64,000 bases of DNA from NCBI RefSeq assembly GCF_009914755.1, contig NC_060926.1, one strand, 5' to 3'. Under the pieces are notes generated by a model. That model did no database searches. It worked only from the letters and a program-made list of their open reading frames with translations, and was not told the DNA's origin. The translations under genes and the position numbers were made by a program. Below, piece after piece: positions 52,791-64,000 of the stretch. This stretch comes from the human T2T-CHM13v2.0 reference genome, Homo sapiens. Every line of letters begins with the position of its first letter. Position 1 is the first letter of the stretch.

Positions 52791-53399
52791 CTACTCCGTC
52801 CACCTCCTGGCATGGGGGTCTTGGTCCCTCTGCCCCTCGCTCCCTGTGGTCATAGCCATGCCCCTCCAGGGCAGGGCCCAGCGTAAGGGGAGAGAAAGCA
52901 TGCCTGCACTCATCACAGGCAGCAGGACAATCACAGGGTGGGCCCTCTCTGTGATCCTCAAATCATTTCCAGGTCAGCGCCTTAACACACTGTCATCTGA
53001 GACCACCAGCTTAGACGGTCCTTGGTACTGAACACAGGTCCTCAAACAAGGGCAGGGTGGTCATTTCTGGGATCCTTATCTGAATGCTCCTGGAGCCTGA
53101 CAGTCAGAAGCTGGGGTTTGGAAACATGCAGAGAGGCTGACAAGGGAATAAGCAATGGGACAGCAGCAGCCCACAGGTGCCATCTGGTCTAGGGGCACTC
53201 ACCAAGTTCACGACAGTGGCAGCCATGCTGTGCATGACATCGTTCCTCCCCAGTACCCAGAAAAGTTTGCCTTGTGGGCACTGTGGGCACATCTCCTTTC
53301 AGGACTGAGGCTCTTGTTCCTCCAGGGGCTGGGCAGTGTCGCTGCCAGGGCCCTGAGCCCAGGACCCTCTCTGAGCCTTGACCTTGGAGGGAGCACCTA

Positions 53400-53610
53400 G
53401 TGCAAGGTCACAGCCCTCACCAAGTGTCTGCGTCTGATAATTGGCCGAGGCTGGAGACCTCGCCTCAACTGGGTCAACTCTAAAGGGGTCACCGGGCTCC
53501 AGAGCCCAGTGGGACTCCTGGGGGCAAATACTCTCCCTCCCTCACAGGTGTGGTTCCCAAGCACGCCCCCCCCAGTAAGCCTGCGTGGATGCCCTCCGGT
53601 CGGCATCTAG
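53400..53610 (+). mobile_element. LTR16-like (ERVL) LTR remnant
   Basis: cgcctcaactgggtcaactctaaagggg...gctccagagccc pattern, opposite orientation to the 16.6-kb copy. Confidence 0.45.
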
Positions 53611-55966
53611 AACTCTGCCTTTCTCCTCCTGTTGTAACTTCCTACAACATTTTCATGGCTGAACACTTGAGTCTCTCCCAACAAGAACATACATTCATTG
53701 AGGGTGTACACCTCCTGCTGATGTCCACTCTCCCGGCAAGGCTGGCCCACACGAGGGCACAGCTCAGCCAGTGCCCATGCACACCCTATTAAAGCCCCAG
53801 GGAGGAGTACACGGGATCGAGTCCCTGAGAGAGAACTCAGGCTGTCCTTTCCAAGAACATCGAAGGAGCAGGGTTGGAGCAGTCTGCCCCCCTCACCCAC
53901 GCCCTGGCTCAGTAGGGACCCCAGGTACAGGCATGGCCCCAGCAGCCCTGGGACCCCACTTCCCGAGTTGCCTTTGACTGGACAAGGGGACCACTTAACC
54001 CCTCTTAGCCTAACCAGATTCTCCTTCCTGAGGAACCAGATTTGGGAAAAGGGTCTGGCCTTACTTGGCCATGGAACCTGCAGGGAGACAGCAGCAGAGG
54101 CCAGTCCTAGGATCCCAACCCTTCCCCATCCCTGGGTCCAGCTCCTCCTGGGGCCCAGCATGCCCCTACCCTGGGACCTCAGGAACCACCCTCGCACCTG
54201 CAGAAGGGAGCCCCCATGGGTTTCTGCCTCCCACAACCACAGTCCCCAGTAACTGCTCGAGGTTCTAAGTCCCCTGAGGACACTGCCCAGAAGGCCCCCC
54301 AAAGCCAGTGCACCCCTTTCATGGATCTGGATTCAGCCATGGGGGATGGGAGCTTTTGTCTCTCCTTCCTGCAGAATGTGAACTGGAACTCTGCACTAAC
54401 AGCGTGCCTCACAGAGGACACCCAGGCCCAGAGCAGAGCTCTGTGGGGGCACAAGGACAAGGCAGCTCACGGATGTCCCACTTAACTCCACATGGGCCCA
54501 TCAGGCCTGGCTCCGAGGCACAGAGCTGATGCTAAGAAACCTGTCTGTAGCGACACAGGAGTAGGTGGCAGGGCCAGAACTCACACCAAGTCTGTCTGTC
54601 TGACCTCAGGGCTGGGTCCTGCACTCCTCTCCCCTCCAGCCCCCTCGCAGCATGATGGAGACGGGGAAAGAGGCAGGGGAAGGCTCGTCTGTGCCTCCCA
54701 GGATGGGGGTCTCTGAACCTGGAAGAAACCGACACGCCCCCGGGAAGGCACTCCACGCCAGTGTCAGGGTGACGCAGGGCCCCTCTGTGGGTGCCGTCTC
54801 AGATGGGTCCTTTGTGCCTCCCAATGCTCGATTGTGTGTTCCGTCACACACTGTGCAAGGAGCAGGGGCTGCACCGCCAGCGTGGGGAATAATGGCCCCA
54901 CTGTTCCCCATTACTCACCCACTGCTCCTTCTGGGCCTTGGGTGGGGGATTGGGGGCTGACAAGGTTAGCAGCTACATACCAGGGCCCCAGAAGCTGCAT
55001 GTCTTCCTCCTCCGGGGTAAGGAGGAGCAAGGTGAAGGACCCAGAGCACGAAGGGAGAGCTGGAGGGCTCTCTCTGGACTGCAGCCAGCCTGCCGAGGCC
55101 AAGCAGTTCCTGGAATAATCCGCCCCACATGATGGCTCTGATTTACAGCTGGGGTCCAGGCTCCAACTGGCAGGAATGGGACCAGCTGGAACTTGTGACC
55201 CACCTGTCCCCAGACAGGGACGATTCTGGGTGGGGACCAAGGCCAGGACGGCATCCTTATGCCTGGCATTCAGATCACAGCGGTTGGCTCCTGTCCCTGC
55301 TGGCTTCTCACTGCCTCTCTCTGTGCAAAGGTGTCAAGCCCTGGGCAAAATGTATGTTCCCCTATGGCAAAACGCTCTAGCAGCAACCAGGAGGGAAAAA
55401 ACAGCACAGCCAGAGCAGCCGTTCCAGGTTTTCCCAGCCAAGCTACAACTGCACACAGGAAGCACACGCTCAAACGCCCAAGCACCCTCGGCTCCAAATT
55501 CACGAGGGATCCAAACCAGGCACTGCAGGATTGCCGTGGGCCCTGAACGGCCCTCCCGCTGCGTATGGGATGAGGGACCTGTGATCGCTGGTGAAGAAAT
55601 TAGCTTTGTTGCATAGGAAGCACTTGTTGAGGGGCTTGGACCGATTCACTGAGAGGTTAGACCGTAAGTCCACTGGGTACACCAGGTCCCTCAGGAAAGC
55701 CACGTGAGGGCACAGGCAGCACCCAGAGACACACACCTTCGGGGGAAGCAGAGGCTCCCAGCGCTCGCCGCTCTGGGAGACCACAGGCGAACCCCCTGCA
55801 CCTCCCTGGCCTTGGCATTCTTAGCACCATTGTGGGGATCGATGCCCAATCAGCTCTCCTCCCTCCTCCCAGCCTGAGCCCAGCCAAGCAGCACCTAAGG
55901 CAAGAAGAGGTGAAGTGCCCACCCCTCAGCCTGTGGGCCTGCCGGGCCACCAGACTGCAGCGCTCC

Positions 55967-55979
55967 CGCCACCTAGTGG
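55967..55979 (-). promoter_or_regulatory. CTCF core motif CCACTAGGTGGCG
   Basis: Exact fit to the CCASYAGRKGGCR consensus, 18 nt into the intron after the 55998 donor. Confidence 0.65.
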
Positions 55980-55997
55980 CAGGCCTGCGGTCCTCAC

Positions 55998-56103
55998 CTG
56001 GAACAGCCACTGGAGCAGGGATACCGGGCAGTCAGGCATGTGCAGGTAGAGGATGTTCAGGAGGCCACTGCGCAGGAAGGAGAGCTGTTGGGCTGGCGGG
56101 GAG
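55998..56103 (-). CDS. FAM178B: FAM178B internal coding exon, 106 nt: (S)[35 protein letters not shown]
   Basis: Acceptor ccctctgcctcccag with upstream ctaac branch point; donor CAG|gtgagg. 1 nt + 35 codons, ending in phase 0 to match the next exon. Peptide matches recalled FAM178B. Confidence 0.93.
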
Positions 56104-56359
56104 CTGGGAGGCAGAGGGCTGAGGTTAGGGGAGGCCTCTGTGCCAGCACACTTGTCTCGGTGACACCGCGGGAGGCTGTCACTACCCAGCTTCACTGGCT
56201 GTTGGGAAGCATATCTGTAACGCTAGAGACAAATGTGCTTTTCAAGCCCTCAGTGCATGATCTGTCAGAAGGAAAAGAACCCAGGCTAGCATCAGAATCA
56301 CCTGCTCTTCTTGAATGTTGCGTGAACACACCTCATGGTGTTTAAAACACATGGCGGGT

Positions 56360-56855
<496 letters not shown>

Positions 56856-59386
56856 TTATGTTTTTCAGATACAAAGGGGACACCTGAGAAGACCGGAAAA
56901 TAACAGAAAGGGGCCCGGGATGAAGACATTCTGGGAAGGAAATACCAAACAAGAGTTCCATAGAGGATTCTTCAGAAACCATGTGAGCTGCAAGTGTCCC
57001 AGATTCCAGGGATGGGGGCGTGCTCAGACCAGCCACGCGGCTGTGGCTGTGACCGTGTGCCCATTCACACCACCCCCTCGGGCCTCTTCCTCCTAACAGG
57101 AGCTCTCAAAATCGGCGCTGGTGTGGAGATGAGCCCTGCCTTGGGGACCACTGACCCGGTAGATCACCTTGACCTACAAGATTCCAGATCTTTGCAAAAT
57201 GAGTTGTTGAAATGTTTCATATGGTTGTAGGGCCTCTGGTAGAAGGTGCTTCAGAAGTCATTTTATAGGGGGTTGGCTGGACTTTGTCACCGTTCCTGAG
57301 CTCCTGGTCATCCCCAGAGAGCCTGGGTTTGGGGTAGGATTCTCCTACGTCCTGCGCATTTTGTGACCACCATCTTTGCTTGCTCTCTCTAGACCACGTC
57401 CCAAAGATCATTAACATGGATTCCAGGAAATGAAAACGTAAGTCACATTTGTTCTTCTTTTTAATGGCCCAAATGCATGCAAAGAACATTTCAGAAAGTA
57501 CTTAACGTTGCCACCCTAGATAAAAAGTTTTTCAGTCAGCCCAACCTCCTCCTTCTGCTTCTCCTCCTTCTCCTTTAAAAAGGACATCATTTTTTAATCT
57601 GCCAGGAACAGAATGCTACAAAACAAAGATTATCCTCTGAGCCAAGCTGCTGTCTCTCTGAGAATGTCCAGGCAGTTTACAAATTGCATGTTTTTTCTCT
57701 AAGTCATTTAAGTTCAGAGGAGAAAGCAGCTTTGTTCCTGTGGTTGTGAAGTTTACCACCCTGAAATAGACCTTCGTTTGTACATACAAATACACGTGCA
57801 CCCCAGGACTGCTGGCATGCTCCATTCTATCCACGTGCCCGGTCACATGGAGACTTTCAGGGACTGACCCCAGCAAGACGCATGGTTCAAGAACATGCAC
57901 AGCAGCCCGAACGCAGACAATACCCATGTAAACAATGTCTGGAGGACCTTGCAAGTTGGCAGAACCCCGACAAGGGCCATGTGGTGAGGAGGCTGGCGCT
58001 TCAGGGACTCTGAGGAGACGCTGGCTCTGGCATTCTGCTGGAGGGGGCACCCCGCCAGTTTCTTAGTGGGAGAATTGATTGTACAAGGCCCTGTTGGCTC
58101 AGATCAACACATTTCTAACTGCTGCTCCAAGGGAGAGACCCCACAGTTGCAACATCTCCCTTCTGCTATGTGGGCTTTGCAGTTTCTGCCAGAGAAATGA
58201 TTGATTGGCCTCTGAGTTCATTGCTGCTGAGAAAATTTTGTCTATGGGACCAGGAGCAACAGAAAGCCAGAAAGGACATAGTCCTGCTCTGCCCTGAGGT
58301 GACTGGCTTTCAAGGAATTCTGTGTTTAGGGTTAGAGGCAAGGACTCCCCTCTGCAGGCCGAGTGCATGCTCGGTGGGACGGGAGTGCTGCTTCTCCTTG
58401 GCTCAGCCACAAGCCCTTCCACGCCCTTCAGGTTATCACAGGGTGACCTCAAGCTTGGCTGCTGGGCAGGGAATGGGCCTTGTGCACAGACAATGCCTTA
58501 ACTCTGGGGAAAGGAGGAGGATCCCAACAGCAGCACCTGGGCTGGGAAGCCTGGAGGAAAAGGGAAAAAGGAAAGGGGGTGGGAGGTGTGTGCAGTGAAA
58601 GCTCAAACGCCTTGGGTGACAGAATTGGCTGTTGTCAGAGTCACGTCCCCACATCAAGAACACGGATGCTGGGTCCAAGGGGGTGCCTCTGTCCACGGCC
58701 AAGCCAATGCTGAGGTCCGAAGTTATCCTGAGAATGTTGGAGGGCCCTGGAGGGAGAGACAGAGGGACAGAGCCTCCATCGGCAGCAGATACCATGCAGG
58801 CCTGGCTGAGTGGGAAGCCCCCAGCTGTCAGACCTGAGGATCCCATGAAGGGAGGTTCCCATCGGAGTCCTCAGCTGTGACTAGAGATGAGGAGGGAGCT
58901 GCTAATCCCCAGCCATGACAGCAATGACAGTGGGCAGGTGTCTGCCTCCACCCTCGCCGCCCACTGGAGCAGAAGGAAGCGAGGGAAGGACATCAGCTAC
59001 AACGGGGAAACCCGCAAAACCAGTGACAGGAAATGGGGGCAGCTGGGCTCAGCACACGGGCCTTCCTAAGCAGAGCTCTGACCAGCTTCATCTTGGAATT
59101 TCTGTTCCTTATCACACCCAAGGGAAGATTCTTCCCGCCTCAACCTCCTCATTTATTTTATGGGCAGCAGTCCCAGAGGGCAAGGTCTCTAAATGCCTTT
59201 AGAATCCCAAGTGATGGCCGAAGGATAAACACCAAGTGTAGTTATTTATACGTATCAGCTCCTGGGCCTTTGCCAAGTTACTCAAATCAGTCTGAATAAA
59301 ATGCCTAAATACAATAGAAACCAATAGCAACCAAAGCGTTCACCTATGGCCTTTTGCTTTCTCTTTCTTTGTTTAAACATAAGAGA

Positions 59387-60387
<1,001 letters not shown>

Positions 60388-61344
60388 TTATTTTGGGGGG
60401 CAGATGCAGCCAGCTGGAAGGCTCAGCCCTCTCCATACTTCAGAACTGCTGGGTTTATTGCACCTGGGCTTCAACCCTGGCCTGTTCCTCCAGGAAGAGA
60501 AGCTAGTGGCAAAACAAGAGGCGGGGCTGCCGGGCCTCCGGGAGAAGCTGAGCCTCATCCACCTCCTTCTTCCCCTGCCTGCTGGATATTCATGGAGGAA
60601 CGGCCTGGCCCATGCATCGGGCTTGTGGAAAGCACGCTGGTCCTCGCACCAACAGTGGCAGATGCACCCAGAGGACAAACGCACACCCCAATGTCCTTGC
60701 AAATACTGTGAGGGGCCTATGACTAACTGAGCAGGGCAGACAAACTCCACCCTTCCAACTTCCGCCCCCGAGTGGGATGTGGGCTTTGGTCCTGACACTT
60801 TTCCATGCAGGAGCATTGGATTTCCTTTTGAATTACTGTCAAGGGTGGAGGAAAAAAGTTCAGCTCCTGCAATCAGCTGTTATCAGCTTCCGTCATAATG
60901 ACATGTGACTGTGGTGGCAGGGGACTGACCCTGGGATGCACAGCTAGCTTGGTGATGGATGAGCAGGTCATCTGGACCACATGCACTCCCAAGGCAGGCT
61001 CCCCGGGAAGAGGGTTCTTGCACATAAACCTGGATAGGTCCAACAGGACAGCTGCTGGGACGCAGACGCCAAGCCCACCCAAGCTCGCTCTGCAGTCTGA
61101 AACAAACTGCTTAATTTGTGCTATTGCCTACTTTGTTCAGAGGGAAGAAAGATATTTTCCCCCTTTCACAGAAAGGTAAGGAGAAGTGAATCTATTTCAA
61201 GAGTTGATTTTTTAAAAAATGGCATTTACTTTCCTCTCTTCTAATGATAAAAATGATATACGTTCACTGTAGAAAGTTAGGAATATAAAGGTGGTATAAC
61301 GAGGAAAATGAAAACCTAGCTGTCAGCTCCCACAGCATGAACTT

Positions 61345-61434
61345 TCTCCCACCCAAGTACTAACCAGGCCGGGCCCTGCTCAGCCTCTGAGATGAGAGAA
61401 CATCCAGCATGTTCAGGGTGGCATGGCCACAGAC
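61345..61434 (-). pseudogene. 5S rRNA retropseudogene, 3'-truncated (nt 1 to about 90), tailless, with 15-bp TSD
   Basis: Reverse complement GTCTGTGGCCATGCCACCCTGAAC...GGCCTGGTTAGTACTTGGGTGGGAGA follows 5S rRNA. Flanks are cacagcatgaacttt (61331-61345) and cacagcagcaacttt (61435-61449). Confidence 0.92.
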
Positions 61435-61473
61435 CACAGCAGCAACTTTGTGTATGGAATTGGACTGACAGCT

Positions 61474-61770
61474 TTTTATTTATTATTATTTTTTGAGACA
61501 GGGTCTCACTCTGTTGCCCAGGCTGGAGTGCACTGGCATGATCACGGCTCACTGCAGCCTCAACCTCCCTAGGCTCAAGCAATTGTCCCTTCTCAGCCTG
61601 CTGAGTAGCTGGGACCACAGGTGTGCTATCACCCATGGCTCATTTTTTTTTTGCATTTTTTTGGGTTGAGACGGGGTTTCTCCATGTTGGCCAGGCTGCT
61701 CTAGAACTCCTGAGCTCAAGCGATCCTCCCAAAGTGCTGGGATTATAGGCATGAGCCACCATGCCCCGGC
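61474..61770 (-). mobile_element. AluJ-type
   Basis: cactgcagcctcaacctcc and cctgagctcaag diagnostics. Confidence 0.9.
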
Positions 61771-62685
61771 TGACTGCTTCTTAAGAGATCCCCTTGTCAC
61801 CCGCCTCCATGGCCATGTTTCTGGCTGAATATGGTAAGGTTATTATTGAATGACTGACTAGTGTTTTCCCACTCTTATGTCTGGCCTTGAAGTCCTTGGC
61901 ACAAGGAGGAAATGAAAGATGACCCAGGGCTAAATGGTGACCTCCAGGAAGTGGGCCTCGCCACTGCCCGGCAGAGGTCCCAGGACTGAGACCGAGTCAC
62001 ACAGCGGGCATTCCCTCCAGAAAGCCCAAAGCCGATTCCCAAGACTGCAGATCTGAGGCACTGGCAACACCCTCTCTACTGAGCCTCATTAGCATATCTG
62101 AGGGAGGAGGGTCTGAAACCCTCACTCCAGGGAAGCTGGGCAGCCACCTGGCCCCATTTGGCAGGCCTGCTCTGATCCCAGGTCACCGCTCCATGGGCCA
62201 TCTCATCTGTCAAACACTTCCTGCACGCCATCCACTCTAGGACAGAAAACCTGCTGTCGGCACAAACTCCAAGGCTGAAGCAGCCCAGGAAGACGCCTTC
62301 CTTTCTCCGCTGTTCACCTCAGTTCCTGCCCAGACATTCTTTGGCTCTCTCCTTTCTCCAGCTCTTTCTTCTTTTCACCATCTATCTATTTATTAAATAC
62401 CTTTCCAACATGGTGATGTGAACCCTTACTAATGTTCTTACACTCAGACCCAATAACCTCACACTGCAGCTATGAACACATTTTAGACCTCCAGACAAAT
62501 ACTCCCCAATATTCCCCGCCGTATTATTTATAATAAAGGAAGGTTGGAAAAAACTTTTATGTTCAAAAAATGAGAAAATGGTTAAATATGTTAGGGCATC
62601 AATGTAATAAAGTATTAGTTCATTATTAACATTTTATCATCTAATTGGAATGTTTGGACATTGTTCAGATTCTGATTTGAAGAAT

Positions 62686-64000
<1,315 letters not shown>

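Noticed and set aside
53607-54302. 231-aa minus-strand ORF
   Set aside because: G/L/S/W-rich composition expected by chance in GC-rich DNA; no recognisable domain and no fit to the FAM178B exon chain.

Overview
Primate (most likely human) genomic DNA, GC-rich and very Alu-dense, that is almost entirely intronic. On the minus strand, seven internal coding exons (56103-55998, 52521-52437, 33936-33822, 28199-28106, 26270-26094, 25878-25781, 7351-7264; 763 nt in total) all have AG/GT boundaries. They splice in one continuous frame to a peptide I recognise as the central/C-terminal part of FAM178B, the SLF2/FAM178A paralogue; its start and stop exons were not found in the window. The introns hold roughly 50 Alus, old L1/L2/MIR/MER5/MER53 remnants, a CR1/L3 fossil with legible RT motifs, solo LTRs (LTR2/HERV-E, MER41, MaLR, LTR16-like) and a tailless 5S rRNA retropseudogene. 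Nearly all ORFs in the supplied track are chance or Alu-derived. I see no unambiguous new biological system. The best leads are a candidate erythroid internal promoter and first exon with a GC donor (about 2550-2930), a MER41 LTR with two intact GAS sites beside an exon, a consensus CTCF core just behind a splice donor, and an inverted-Alu-flanked exon pair (circRNA candidate). Repeat family names come from recalled consensus sequences, and repeat boundaries are approximate unless a TSD is quoted.
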